A stretch of 64,000 nucleotides of DNA from NCBI GenBank assembly GCA_036677065.1, contig JAKFBS010000003.1, positions 128,001-192,000 of the forward strand. Direction: 5' to 3'. Source of the DNA: Bdellovibrio sp. (GTDB taxonomy: Bacteria; Bdellovibrionota; Bdellovibrionia; Bdellovibrionales; Bdellovibrionaceae). The notes under the pieces were generated by a model, which saw only the letters and a program-made list of their open reading frames with translations, made no database searches and was not told where the DNA came from. Below are positions 48,442 to 58,599 of this stretch, piece by piece (the stretch's first letter is position 1; each line of letters begins with the position of its first letter). The translations under genes were made by a program, and so were the position numbers.

Positions 48442-48954
48442 TTGGTGAATCTTATGTTAAGAAGTCGTGTTTTTACTGTTGTTATCGCAGCTATATTTTT
48501 TCAAACCCAAACTGCTTTGGCTCAGAATTCATTTTTTGAAATAAAAGAACCACCCCGCGCGGCTGAATATATTTACCGTTCTTCGCAAAAAGAAACGTTA
48601 ATTAGCGTTCAACTCTTAGGCGCTGTCGAAAACCCAGGTATCTACTACATCCCGGCGCAGACTGATCTTTTAAAATTAGTCTCTTTGGCAGGTGGAACCC
48701 GAGATGCAGATTTAGCTGAAGTTTTAGTTCGTAAAACTGATCCATCTCAAAAAGGGGTGTATGAACTTGATTTAAATAAATTGATGAAATCAACTTCTGA
48801 AGTTAAGCCTTTCAAATTAGCGCAAGATGATTTCGTGTACATTCCTAAGAAACAACCTTGGATTTCTAGTGATATTGCGCAATCTGTAACAATTATTTCT
48901 TTAATCACAAGCATTATCCTGACAAGCGTATTGATTGAAAAGAACTCTGACTAA
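48442..48954 (+). CDS. SLBB-domain protein (Wza-like fragment) with C-terminal TM
   Basis: VQLLGAVENPGIY, LLKLVSLAGG, LAQDDFVYIP. Confidence 0.75.
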   Translation: MVNLMLRSRVFTVVIAAIFFQTQTALAQNSFFEIKEPPRAAEYIYRSSQKETLISVQLLGAVENPGIYYIPAQTDLLKLVSLAGGTRDADLAEVLVRKTDPSQKGVYELDLNKLMKSTSEVKPFKLAQDDFVYIPKKQPWISSDIAQSVTIISLITSIILTSVLIEKNSD

Positions 48955-48960
48955 GAATTC

Positions 48961-50208
48961 ATGCTATTTTTAATCGCGCTGATTTTTTTATCTAAAGTTT
49001 CATTTGGATTTATTCCGGGATTCCCTTATCAGGAATCCTTTTTTATTTTTCAAAAGGGTTTGCATCCTTTCGTAAATATTTTCTTTAACATAATAATTGG
49101 TTCGGTGTTGGTGATTAAGTTTTTCTGGAAGAGCAATCACCACTATTTGCAAAATCGTTTTTTTAAATTCTACTTATTTGTTTTTTGTTTGTTCTTATTG
49201 GCGATCACGGCCGTGCAGGTCGTCTTAGGTGAAAGTATCAGTCCTTGGTGGTTGCAAATCAGTGCAGCGCTTTCTGCGTGTTTTACCGTGGTGTTATTTG
49301 CACGCGTGATACCCAGTGAATTATCGATTATTAAATTTATCACCCTGACACAAAAAATCAGTATCGTGCTTTGTTATTTGAGTTTGCTTCTATTGATTGT
49401 AATGCCAGCTTTAAGTTTTAAAGGTGGGCGTTTTATCGGGGTGTTTAAGCATATTCCGTATATGGTGACAACGGCAACGCTGGCTTCGGTATTTTTAATT
49501 TATGAGCTCTTTGCTAAATCAAATTCGCGCCCGCGCTTAATTTATTTAGTACTAAGCTTAGCTGTGGCTATGACTGCTCTTATTTTAACTGGAACACGTT
49601 CTGCTTTATTTGCGGTGATTTTAAGTTATTTCTTAGCGTTTTTGTTTTTTCCGGCAAAAAAAGCGGCCAACCAATTTATTAAAGTGTCGGTGGCTTTTGC
49701 TCTGGTGATTGCGACTGTGTTGTTTGGTCAAAACATCAGTAATTATGCGCTTGAATTAGTACGCGGTGAAAGTGCTGTTGGTCTGCGTGCTGCTCAAGAT
49801 GGTGTGGCTTCGCGTTTTGATGAGTTTGATCGTGGTTATGAGATCTTTGCGAAAAGCCCGATCATTGGCCAAGGGTTATTATCTAAGTTCGGTGAAATTA
49901 ATGAAACCGATGTCGGGCAGTATAATGCCAATAAAGACCCGCATAATATTTTGGTTTCTGCCGGGGTTATTGGCGGCTTTGGCTTTATTATTCTGGTGTT
50001 TGTGGGTTTTATCGGCCTGATTGCTGTGAGCTTTAAAAAACTTCGCTCAGCGGCGCCAGAGTTTAAAATTTTGGCTATTTATGTGCTGACGCATATTCCG
50101 ATTTTGTTTATTTATCATGTGCACTTGTCATTAGGTGGTATGGCCGATCGCTTCTATTGGATTGTCATTGGCTATATGATGATTAATATGAGAAAACAAA
50201 ACACATGA
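48961..50208 (+). CDS. O-antigen ligase/Wzy-family membrane protein
   Basis: Multi-TM; GRFIGVF.H, LTGTRSA, SPIIGQG, PHN. Confidence 0.82.
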   Translation: MLFLIALIFLSKVSFGFIPGFPYQESFFIFQKGLHPFVNIFFNIIIGSVLVIKFFWKSNHHYLQNRFFKFYLFVFCLFLLAITAVQVVLGESISPWWLQISAALSACFTVVLFARVIPSELSIIKFITLTQKISIVLCYLSLLLLIVMPALSFKGGRFIGVFKHIPYMVTTATLASVFLIYELFAKSNSRPRLIYLVLSLAVAMTALILTGTRSALFAVILSYFLAFLFFPAKKAANQFIKVSVAFALVIATVLFGQNISNYALELVRGESAVGLRAAQDGVASRFDEFDRGYEIFAKSPIIGQGLLSKFGEINETDVGQYNANKDPHNILVSAGVIGGFGFIILVFVGFIGLIAVSFKKLRSAAPEFKILAIYVLTHIPILFIYHVHLSLGGMADRFYWIVIGYMMINMRKQNT

Positions 50209-51413
50209 ATCCGTTGAATTTATTTTTGGCGCTTGTTTTCGGTGTTGCTGCAGCAGCTATTAGTTATGGCTTTCAGGCAGTCATTAATTTTTCTGAAGAA
50301 TTACGTCTTCAATACCCACAAATTATTCTGGGCCTTCCGATTTTATTTATTCTTACAATTCTTTTAAAAAAGAAAACTTTGTATTTTCCGTACAAAGTTA
50401 AAGACATGAATGAAATGACCGAACCGAAAAATTTTTTCTGGAATCGCTGGAAAGCGTTTTATCATTTTCTGGGCGCTAGTTTAAGTCATCTGTTCGGAGC
50501 CTCTGTAGGCCGCGAAGGTGTCGTGGTGTTAGCGACGGCAGGTGTTGCCAGATTATTTAATTTAAGTCTTCCGTACTGGGGGCCAGTGGCAGCGAGTATT
50601 GGTTTTGCTGCGATTACCGGAAACAAATGGGTGGGGCTTATCTTTCTTGTCGAAATGTACACGACGCAGTTTTCGCAAAAAGTGTGGACGTTTTTTGGGG
50701 CATGGATTTCGATTTTAATTTTACAGTCTGTTAAATTTCCGCATTTGTTATCAGCGGTGGTGATTCCTGACACTGATTCTTGGTTTAAACGTTTTGTATT
50801 TATTTTTCTGTTGGGTTTGGTGATTGGTTATCTTTCGCGCGCTTATAAAAGAAGTTACTTTTTTCTTTCAGACTTTTTCGCTAAGAGAAATATTGTTTGG
50901 GCTTTAGTGTTTTCTTTAGCTATTGGTTATGCGCTTTATAATCCTGTATTGCGGCCGTTGCAGAGTCTAAGTTTGGATTTAGTGCAGAAGTTCAGTTCTG
51001 GTGCAATGATGACAGAAATAGATATGCAGATGATACTGCTAAAATTAGTTTTTACTTTGTTCTGCGTATCACTTGGTTTTTTTGGCGGCGAGTTCGTACC
51101 GTTAGTTTTAGTGGGCTGTGGAATTGGCGCAGTAACGGCTCAGTTTTTTGGTGAGAGTTTTCTGCTTGGTTCAACGCTTGGGGCTTTTGCCATGTTCGCG
51201 GGAGTCACTCGGCTAAAGTGGACTTGCGTGGTCTTATGCGCAACTTTAATGGATATCTCGATGTTATTTTGGGTTTATATTTTCTTTTCAGTGGTGCATA
51301 GCTTTTCTGGAGAGAAAAGTATTTATCTTGAACCGCGCTTGGGCCCAAAATTTAATTTTATGAATTTTAAATTTGGGGCGTTTCCTGGCGGGCCAATGGG
51401 ACCGCAGTCGTAG
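50205..51413 (+). CDS. ClC-family anion channel/transporter without CBS domains
   Basis: HLFGASVGREG, GFFGGEFVP, FSGEKSIY. Confidence 0.82.
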   Translation: MNPLNLFLALVFGVAAAAISYGFQAVINFSEELRLQYPQIILGLPILFILTILLKKKTLYFPYKVKDMNEMTEPKNFFWNRWKAFYHFLGASLSHLFGASVGREGVVVLATAGVARLFNLSLPYWGPVAASIGFAAITGNKWVGLIFLVEMYTTQFSQKVWTFFGAWISILILQSVKFPHLLSAVVIPDTDSWFKRFVFIFLLGLVIGYLSRAYKRSYFFLSDFFAKRNIVWALVFSLAIGYALYNPVLRPLQSLSLDLVQKFSSGAMMTEIDMQMILLKLVFTLFCVSLGFFGGEFVPLVLVGCGIGAVTAQFFGESFLLGSTLGAFAMFAGVTRLKWTCVVLCATLMDISMLFWVYIFFSVVHSFSGEKSIYLEPRLGPKFNFMNFKFGAFPGGPMGPQS

Positions 51414-51416
51414 CTC

Positions 51417-51806
51417 CTACGTAGGCTGTTGGTTTCGCATAAAGTCTGCGATGTGGGCGAAACTTTTCTTTAGTTCTGATTTTGTAGGATCTGGAATTTG
51501 GCAATCGTCTAAAGCCTTGAACATACAATGAAGCCATTGATCGCGTTCTTTTTCGCCGATTTTAAAGGGCATGTGGCGCATGCGTAATCTTGGGTGTCCG
51601 TGTTTTTCGATATATAGCTGGGGTCCGCCTGACCAGCCTGTTAAGAACATGACTAATTTTTCTTTAGCCTCGGTTAAATCTTTTGCATGCTGATCGCGGA
51701 TATCTGTAGCTTCTGGTAAAGTATCCATGAAATAGTAGAAACGATCGACAATTTTTTCGATAGTTTCTTTACCGCCTAAAACTTCAAATAACGTTTGTTC
51801 ATCCAT
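51417..51806 (-). CDS. Group II truncated hemoglobin
   Basis: LGG..I..IVDRFY, FLTGWSGGP.LY, GHPRLRMRHMPF.I, RDQWL.CM. Confidence 0.92.
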   Translation of the reverse strand: MDEQTLFEVLGGKETIEKIVDRFYYFMDTLPEATDIRDQHAKDLTEAKEKLVMFLTGWSGGPQLYIEKHGHPRLRMRHMPFKIGEKERDQWLHCMFKALDDCQIPDPTKSELKKSFAHIADFMRNQQPT

Positions 51807-51811
51807 GATTA

Positions 51812-52858
51812 TTAAAATTTAAAATTCTGACTTCGGATTTTTGAAGTAGATGATAGTAAGGTTTGTGTTTCGTCAGATTCGTCGTAAATATCGCCAATAA
51901 ATTCTTCGAAAATATCTTCAAGGGTAATAATGCCAAGAATATTTTCGCCAGAACGGCAAATCCCCATATGACTTTTTCTTTGCTGCAGTTTTTTTAAAGC
52001 ATTAACGACAGGTTCATTCGGAGATAAAAATTCAGCTTTGCGAATAAGTTTTGTCCAATCAAGCAACGTCATCTCAGGTTCAGCGATAAAATCTTTAATA
52101 TATAAAATACCTTCGATTTTACCATCTTTAAGAACTGGAATACGCGTGAACATTTGTGTTCTGATTTTTGTTAAAACGTCATGCGCGTGTTCATTAATCT
52201 GCACCGTAGTCACTTGCTCCCAAGGTACCATAACGTCTTTTACACGGCGTTTGTCGATGCCGATCAGATTGAATACATACTGCTTGTGGGTTTCATTGAG
52301 ATTATCCAGATCAACTTCTTGAGTTGTATCTACATTTTCTTTCGTCGAAATTTTGGCGAATAAAATGCGCGTGATAAACTTTGTCGAGTATTCAAAAATG
52401 GCTACAAACGGTGCGAAAATGCGATCCAGCACCATTAACAGTAAGCCGCCAGCTAAGGCTAATTTTACCGGAAATCTTAAGGCAATCGATTTAGGAACTA
52501 ATTCGCCGATCACAACGCTAATGTAAGTTAATGGAAGCACCACGGCGACGATACTGATTGATTCAGCGACTTCTTCGCTTAAAGCAAAGCGTGCCATAAA
52601 CCAAGGGCTTAAATGTTCTTCGGCGCTGGCACCGCTGACTGCGGCTGAAATTGCACCCACTAAAGTAATACCAACTTGTAATACAGATAATGTGCGTTCT
52701 GGATTTGCTTTTAGTTTTAAGACACGCGCAGCTGAAGTCGAGCCTTCAGCAACTAATTTTTTTAAATGGGCTTTTGATACGGTGACGAAGGCCATTTCCA
52801 GGCCTGATAAAATGCCGTTTGCGAAAATACTAAATGCGACAACAAATATTTCTAACAT
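51812..52858 (-). CDS. Hemolysin/CorC-family CNNM plus CBS domain protein
   Basis: NGILSGLEMA, QVGITL, VIGELVPKSIA, FTRIPV, GIITLEDIFEEFIGDIYDE. Confidence 0.9.
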   Translation of the reverse strand: MLEIFVVAFSIFANGILSGLEMAFVTVSKAHLKKLVAEGSTSAARVLKLKANPERTLSVLQVGITLVGAISAAVSGASAEEHLSPWFMARFALSEEVAESISIVAVVLPLTYISVVIGELVPKSIALRFPVKLALAGGLLLMVLDRIFAPFVAIFEYSTKFITRILFAKISTKENVDTTQEVDLDNLNETHKQYVFNLIGIDKRRVKDVMVPWEQVTTVQINEHAHDVLTKIRTQMFTRIPVLKDGKIEGILYIKDFIAEPEMTLLDWTKLIRKAEFLSPNEPVVNALKKLQQRKSHMGICRSGENILGIITLEDIFEEFIGDIYDESDETQTLLSSTSKIRSQNFKF

Positions 52859-52859
52859 G

Positions 52860-53342
52860 CTAATTACATACTACAGTATTAAAAATTTTTGCATTCGTTT
52901 TTGCCGCTTTTGTTGTGCAAGCCTGGGGAACTTTGGCAAAGCGTTTAACGAAGACTTGTTTGCTGTTTTTTCCGTAATAACAAACTAACCATGGAATAAT
53001 TGCTTTTGGTTTTTCGCCTGTAGAATTTTGCCAAGCCGGAGTGCCATCGTCTTTTTTCTCTTCAGGTGGTTTAATCGTCCATGTGTGTGGTTGTGGGTCA
53101 TCGCCGTTATCAGGCTTTAACTGCATCTTTTTTTTCGGATCTTGATCAAACATCGCTAAAGATACGAACTCAATAGTGTCTGTTTCAAAATCACGAAATT
53201 GAAATGTGGGAATGTTTTTTTCAGGCTTAAAACTAACAGTCATTTTCAATGGGCATTCAATTGTCTGAGGTTTATCTAAGGCATGTGCTAAAGGTGCAAC
53301 TGCTGGTAAAGCAAACAATAGGGCAATCAATGTAATCCGCAT
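52860..53342 (-). CDS. Secreted Cys-containing protein, STY0301-like
   Basis: Signal peptide; CP...FDQDP...LKPD...W...WLVCYYG...C pattern. Confidence 0.5.
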   Translation of the reverse strand: MRITLIALLFALPAVAPLAHALDKPQTIECPLKMTVSFKPEKNIPTFQFRDFETDTIEFVSLAMFDQDPKKKMQLKPDNGDDPQPHTWTIKPPEEKKDDGTPAWQNSTGEKPKAIIPWLVCYYGKNSKQVFVKRFAKVPQACTTKAAKTNAKIFNTVVCN

Positions 53343-53424
53343 GGGGTTCCTCTCGGGCAGATAACCATTTCAACGGGGATAAAAATTCTTGTCAAGGTAA
53401 GCAGTGGTGTGGTTAATTACGCCC

Positions 53425-54495
53425 ATGAATTTAGCCCCAATTTCAGTCACAAAAACGACGCAACCTCTTGCGAAACCCGACGTTAATAATTTAGGCTTTG
53501 GCCAATATTTTACAGATCATATGTTTGTGGCGAAATATAGCGACGATAAGGGCTGGTACGAATCTAAAATCGTTCCCTACGGTCCATTGCCATTGGATCC
53601 CGCAGCAAGTGTGCTGCATTACGGGCAAGCTCTTTTTGAAGGCATGAAGGCGTTTCGTCAGCAAAATGGCGATGTAGCGTTATTTCGTATGGAATATAAC
53701 TGGAATCGCATGTGCCAAGGCGCTGAACGTCTGTGCATGGTGGCTCCGCCGAAAGAGTTATTCTTACAGGGTATTCGTGAATTAGTTAAAATTGATCAAT
53801 CGTGGATTCCTGAAAATAAAGGCTCTGCGCTTTATATTCGTCCTACCTTAATCGGCAGCGAAGGTTTTTTAGGTGTTCGCCCATCGCGCGAATATATTTA
53901 CTTCGTCATTTTATCTCCGGTGGGTGCGTACTATAAATCTGGTTTATCTCCGGTTTCGATCTGGGTTGAAGAAGATTATTCACGCGCATGCCCGGGTGGT
54001 TTAGGTAATACCAAAGCTGCAGCCAACTACGCATCAAGCTTAAAAGCGGCTTACGAAGCTAAGAAAAAAGATTATTCACAAGTTCTATGGTTAGATACGA
54101 CTCGCACTTATGTTGAAGAAGTGGGAACCATGAATGTGTTTTTTGTTTTCAAAAACGAAATCGTAACGCCTTCATTAGATGGAACAATCTTAGCTGGTGG
54201 AATGCGTGATTCAGTGATCAAAGTATTAAAACAATGGAATCTTCCGATTGTTGAACGCAAAGTTAAAATTCAGGAAATTCGCGATGGTGCTAGCAATGGC
54301 GCATTGGTTGAAGCTTTCGGTACAGGCACAGCGGCAGTGATTTCTCCGGTGGGTGAACTTGCTGCGAAAAACTGGCAAGTGAAAATCAATAACGGTCAAA
54401 TGGGTGATATCACGACAAAACTTTATCAAGAGCTAACTGATATCCAGTACGGTTATAAAGCCGATTCATTAAACTGGATCGAGAAATTAAAATAG
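53425..54495 (+). CDS. ilvE: Branched-chain amino acid aminotransferase
   Basis: FGQYFTDHM, LHYGQALFEGMKA, LYIRP, TKAAANY (PLP Lys), EEVGTMN, FGTGTAAVISP. Confidence 0.95.
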   Translation: MNLAPISVTKTTQPLAKPDVNNLGFGQYFTDHMFVAKYSDDKGWYESKIVPYGPLPLDPAASVLHYGQALFEGMKAFRQQNGDVALFRMEYNWNRMCQGAERLCMVAPPKELFLQGIRELVKIDQSWIPENKGSALYIRPTLIGSEGFLGVRPSREYIYFVILSPVGAYYKSGLSPVSIWVEEDYSRACPGGLGNTKAAANYASSLKAAYEAKKKDYSQVLWLDTTRTYVEEVGTMNVFFVFKNEIVTPSLDGTILAGGMRDSVIKVLKQWNLPIVERKVKIQEIRDGASNGALVEAFGTGTAAVISPVGELAAKNWQVKINNGQMGDITTKLYQELTDIQYGYKADSLNWIEKLK

Positions 54496-54635
54496 TTCGT
54501 TAAGAAATATTCAGCAAATTGTCAGCGTTTAAACAAGATCGTGCTTGGGCTAGACCTTTGCATTGCTTTTCTTTGTTAAATCGAAATTAGCGTTAGTTAA
54601 TAGTCTTACATCTAGACCATGGAAGGGTTGTAAGA

Positions 54636-55493
54636 ATGAGATTAGCCGCATTTATTTTCTCGTATTTCGTGACCATTAATCTTTATGCCTCTGCACCGCT
54701 GCAGTTCTCTATAATAGGAGACGCAGGCCGCTGGAACGGCAACACGCAAATGTTACTAAATTCCATGAATAAGCTCGGCGTTAAAAAGATAATAATGCCT
54801 GGTGATAACCTTTATGAGGGCACTTACGAACAACAATGGGGCGCCTGGAAAAAATCCGGTTTCACCTTTGATGTGATCGCGATAGGTAACCACAACGAAA
54901 GTTATCAGGCAGAGATTAAATTTTTTCAGATGCCCGGTGAATATTTCGCCAAAGATTATGCCGGTGGCGATGTTCTTTATTTAGTTTTAAATTCTGATAA
55001 CACTCGCAATGTCGATGCCCAGATGAGTTGGTTAAAGTCGCAATTGCAAAACTCAAAAGCGCAACAAATCTATTTAGTGTATCATCATCCAACATTTACG
55101 GTGGCTTCGCATAAATGGACCGAAAAAAAAGATTTTCAAGTTAAGATTCGTCCGATTTTAAAAGAATACCGCAGTAAAATCACTGCACTTATCTTGGGGC
55201 ACGATCATATCACCAGCTTGATGCATTTTGATTCTTTGCCAGTGATTATTTCTGGTTGCACACAATCACCTCGCAATGAAACTCCGGTCAATAATGTACA
55301 ACAGGGTGTAGCTGTGAAAACAGCAGTGCATCTAGATGGCCAGCCTTATTGGGTTATGCAGGATGCAACAAGTAATGTACTTGCAGCAGATACTTCTGAG
55401 TTTTTATTTATCCGCGGTAAAGACAGCAAAACTGTATGCCGCGCGGTGATTAAAACGGGTCACGCAGCGACACACCAATGTGACGGACTATAA
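54636..55493 (+). CDS. Secreted calcineurin-like metallophosphoesterase
   Basis: IGDAG, GDNLY, GNHN, YHHP, GHDH. Confidence 0.85.
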   Translation: MRLAAFIFSYFVTINLYASAPLQFSIIGDAGRWNGNTQMLLNSMNKLGVKKIIMPGDNLYEGTYEQQWGAWKKSGFTFDVIAIGNHNESYQAEIKFFQMPGEYFAKDYAGGDVLYLVLNSDNTRNVDAQMSWLKSQLQNSKAQQIYLVYHHPTFTVASHKWTEKKDFQVKIRPILKEYRSKITALILGHDHITSLMHFDSLPVIISGCTQSPRNETPVNNVQQGVAVKTAVHLDGQPYWVMQDATSNVLAADTSEFLFIRGKDSKTVCRAVIKTGHAATHQCDGL

Positions 55494-55495
55494 AA

Positions 55496-57394
55496 TTAGT
55501 TCTGCCAGCCAACAACGTCTTCGGCCGCTTTTGTATGAGCTGGTTTTGGGTTAGTAAAAAATGTTTTAATCGATGAAAAAACTGAATTAGCACCTTCTGG
55601 TGATACTGCAGCTGGTGCGTTTTCAACTTTTGCGGCTTGGGCCACAGGGGCTTTTGGCGCTGATTGTTTGGCAAAGAAAAATTGCGGGCATTGTTTTCCG
55701 GCGTTGGCAAAAATATCTTTCATATCGCTTCTTACACGGTCTAATTTACCTTTGCTGCAGTTCGGTGTTTTTCCATCGCAGCTTAATGATCCAAGTTCGC
55801 GTGAAAATTGGGCGAGCACTTTAGAAACATTTGAAGTTGCAGTCACTAATTCAGTTTCATCTCTTTCAGTTGATTTTTGACTTTCCATATCTTTGCAACT
55901 TTCAACCATGCCTTTATAAGCTTCGTATTTTTGGCAAAGTAGCGTCGACAAATCACCATCTTCACAATTTTTTCCATCAAGTTCGCGTTTTACTTTGTTT
56001 AACTTACTTTCGGCAGTGTCTAAGCAAGAATTGTTTTGTTTGCGATTTTCTTGAAACGCGGTGTTTGTTTGAATGCCATCAATGATGGTGCCGTTAAATA
56101 AACGTAAGTCCTGCATGATCAGACGGCGCGAATTAAGCAGCGCATACTCTGAATTAACCCAGTTCTTATAAAGGGCTTCGATATTTTCGCAGACTTGCGA
56201 TTTGGGTTTTCCGGCAACAGATCCACCGGCTGCGATCACCACTTTTTTAAAATCTTCGAGTTGTTTTATTTTTAAAGCTTTTTCATTTTCAAAACACTCT
56301 TGGCATTCAGTTGAAGCTTCCATTCTTGATAGGCGGGCAGTTTCGATATCTTGATCAATCTTAGCTAGAAACTCTTCTTGGCCGACGCCGCTGGCGATAG
56401 TTAATTCTGCCGAAGCCAAAGCTAATTTGCTGGCCATTTCATTTAAGCTTGGTTCAAGATCCTTAAAAGTCTTTAAAGATTTTTCAAAGCGCTCTAGACG
56501 CATCTTTTTTTCTTCAGGAGTGAATTCGCCTTTAGCTTCATAAAATAAAGTGCGAAGCATGGTGTAAGAACCATTCACCAAGAAATTAGCGGCCATTGAG
56601 CCTAATGATGAAGTTAAACCAAAAGTAGCCCCGGCAACAGCACTAAGCTTGGCTACGTTTTTAGAATTGAAGGTGTCTTTAACTGTGCTATCTAATTTAT
56701 TACCAGCATTATCAATTGATCCAGCAATGTTATTTCCCGCATTAGCTAAGTTGTTGCCTGCTCCGGCTAAGTTGTTTCCCGCACCAGCCAAGTTATTACC
56801 TGCTCCGGCAACATTATTAATCGAAGTATTTGTGCTGCCAAAAAATGAAGAACCGACATTGCCGATGAAATTGCTGGCGTTAGCTGATAGTTCGATGGCG
56901 TAAGCTTTTTGCATTAACAGTTCCATTAGCCATGCGGTCTTTTTAGTTTTTCGTGGTGTAGCCGCTGTTAGATTTTCAGCTTGTAGAAGATGTAACTCAA
57001 CATAAGTTGGCAATAAATAACGTAAAGCCAGAGAGCCCGTTGAAAATTCTTGAGTTTTATTATTATAAGCTAGGCGAAAAAAAGATCCTGTTTTTAACGA
57101 AGCACATTCATGAATTTCTAAACCATCAATGTTATCTTGTTTCCAATTACAGTCTTTGCCGACAGAAGTTTTATAAAGATTAACTACAGTGTCTTTTTTT
57201 TCTTGGTTGTTGCGGGTCATCGTCATCACCGCAATTGGTACTCCGGCCATGATCGGACTTTTTTTAAGAAGAATTTTAAACGAAGATTTTTTATCCGTTT
57301 TTACATAACCAGAATCTGACCAGTAAGTTTTGTAATTGTATTTCGATGCAAACGCGAATGAACCAAATAGCGATAATAATAAAAAAATCTTCAT
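55496..57394 (-). CDS. Secreted hypothetical protein with NNLAGAG heptad repeats and Cys-containing helical C-terminal half
   Basis: Signal peptide; 632-aa ORF; 21-bp coding repeats at ~56690-56817. Confidence 0.7.
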   Translation of the reverse strand: MKIFLLLSLFGSFAFASKYNYKTYWSDSGYVKTDKKSSFKILLKKSPIMAGVPIAVMTMTRNNQEKKDTVVNLYKTSVGKDCNWKQDNIDGLEIHECASLKTGSFFRLAYNNKTQEFSTGSLALRYLLPTYVELHLLQAENLTAATPRKTKKTAWLMELLMQKAYAIELSANASNFIGNVGSSFFGSTNTSINNVAGAGNNLAGAGNNLAGAGNNLANAGNNIAGSIDNAGNKLDSTVKDTFNSKNVAKLSAVAGATFGLTSSLGSMAANFLVNGSYTMLRTLFYEAKGEFTPEEKKMRLERFEKSLKTFKDLEPSLNEMASKLALASAELTIASGVGQEEFLAKIDQDIETARLSRMEASTECQECFENEKALKIKQLEDFKKVVIAAGGSVAGKPKSQVCENIEALYKNWVNSEYALLNSRRLIMQDLRLFNGTIIDGIQTNTAFQENRKQNNSCLDTAESKLNKVKRELDGKNCEDGDLSTLLCQKYEAYKGMVESCKDMESQKSTERDETELVTATSNVSKVLAQFSRELGSLSCDGKTPNCSKGKLDRVRSDMKDIFANAGKQCPQFFFAKQSAPKAPVAQAAKVENAPAAVSPEGANSVFSSIKTFFTNPKPAHTKAAEDVVGWQN

Positions 57395-57482
57395 GAGTAT
57401 AAACCCCTTGTCATGGAATTATTTTATCATGCTCCGTATAGAGTTATTATTAAGTTTCTATGAGGATAGACTAAGGCTTAGT

Positions 57483-58058
57483 CTAGAACTTAATGTTACG
57501 GCGTTTAGCTAGAGATAAGAGAAATTCGTTCTCTGCTTTTTTGCTGGTTTTTGGTTTCTTTGGTTGCTGACGTGGCTTTGGTGCAGGCTTTGGTTTTGTT
57601 TTCACAGAGGCTTTTGGAGCATCAGTATTAAACAAACTTGGCTTACGTGGATCAGAAATTTCATCCGCATTTTCGCGCGCCCGTTTTTCTGCGGCAGTTT
57701 CTTTGACGGGAATTCCAAATAACGGATTCTTTTTTAAAACTTCGCGAATTACAAGTTTAGCTTCGTCTTCGAAGTTTTCATTTTCCGCAGGTAAATAAAG
57801 CCATTCTTTTTTTACGGGATGATTTTCTAAAAATGAAAATTTAGCGATCACAGCGTTGTGCTTTAATTTTACGATCGGAAAAAACACACCAAAGTATAAT
57901 TGAAACGGGTAGGTGATGCCTTTATGTAGAGTGGTTTTGCTATCTTCGCTTAAAAATAGAATGAATTTATCTTCTAAGTAATAACCAACACCGTTAGGCA
58001 TTTTTTTAGAAATGACTTCGTTCGGGAGTAGTTCTTCGATCCAGTATAATGTGTTCAT
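57483..58058 (-). CDS. Hypothetical protein, possibly TfoX_N-like, with basic tail
   Basis: ISKKMPNGVGYYLEDK weakly resembles the TfoX KxMFGGxGxY motif. Confidence 0.45.
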   Translation of the reverse strand: MNTLYWIEELLPNEVISKKMPNGVGYYLEDKFILFLSEDSKTTLHKGITYPFQLYFGVFFPIVKLKHNAVIAKFSFLENHPVKKEWLYLPAENENFEDEAKLVIREVLKKNPLFGIPVKETAAEKRARENADEISDPRKPSLFNTDAPKASVKTKPKPAPKPRQQPKKPKTSKKAENEFLLSLAKRRNIKF

Positions 58059-58084
58059 TGATTAAAGAAGAAAAAGAACGAAAA

Positions 58085-58100
58085 TGGTGCCCAGTGAGGA
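58085..58100 (-). mobile_element. Probable att site: displaced tRNA 3'-end fragment marking the left border of an island
   Basis: Minus strand reads TCCTCACTGGGCACCA (T-stem half, acceptor strand, discriminator A, CCA) with no tRNA body; IHF-consensus site nearby; foreign-looking genes to the right. Confidence 0.55.
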
Positions 58101-58172
58101 AAATTTTCCGAATTAAAAATTACCTTTATTGGCAGTTTAGTTGTTTTTAGTGTAGTGTGGTTTGTTATCGAA

Positions 58173-58185
58173 AATCAATGGCTTA
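58173..58185 (+). promoter_or_regulatory. IHF-consensus site near the putative att
   Basis: AATCAATGGCTTA matches WATCAANNNNTTR. Confidence 0.4.
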
Positions 58186-58242
58186 GGTATAAGATAATCA
58201 AAAAATAAGCATCTGCTTTTTTATCTTTTTTTACAGCGTTTT

Positions 58243-58539
58243 ATGGGTTTTCACCCAAAATCACCAAAAAAAATTTAGGCATCTCTAGAGCTATGCGCAG
58301 GATGACTCTCAAAGAAGTTTCTGAAGCGACAGGAGTTCCCAGGTCTACTCTGTCGGAGTGGCGTAACAATCGTAGTCCAAAGAATCCAGAACAACTCAAA
58401 AAGTGGCAATGTATTTAAGAGTGATTCTTCATTACCTGCTATTTGGTGAAGAAGACTCTCAAGAGCTAATTCAGAAGATTCTTAAAGAAGATTTTTTTAA
58501 AGTACCTTTGAAATCAATATAAAACGGGTGAAGTTATAA
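58243..58539 (+). pseudogene. Frameshifted XRE-family HTH regulator
   Basis: MRRMTLKEVSEATGVPRSTLSEWRNNRSPKNPEQL / shift / KVAMYLRVILHYLLFGEEDSQELIQKILKEDFF / shift / STFEINIKRVKL*; 5' boundary approximate. Confidence 0.75.
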
Positions 58540-58599
58540 AATTCGAAATTTAATAATACTATCGATTGATATGTTAACTTTAATGATCGGGCACTTCAG

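Noticed and set aside
58060..58140. Intact tRNA gene
   Set aside because: Only ~16 nt resembling a 3' end are present; no properly placed T-loop, D-arm or anticodon arm.
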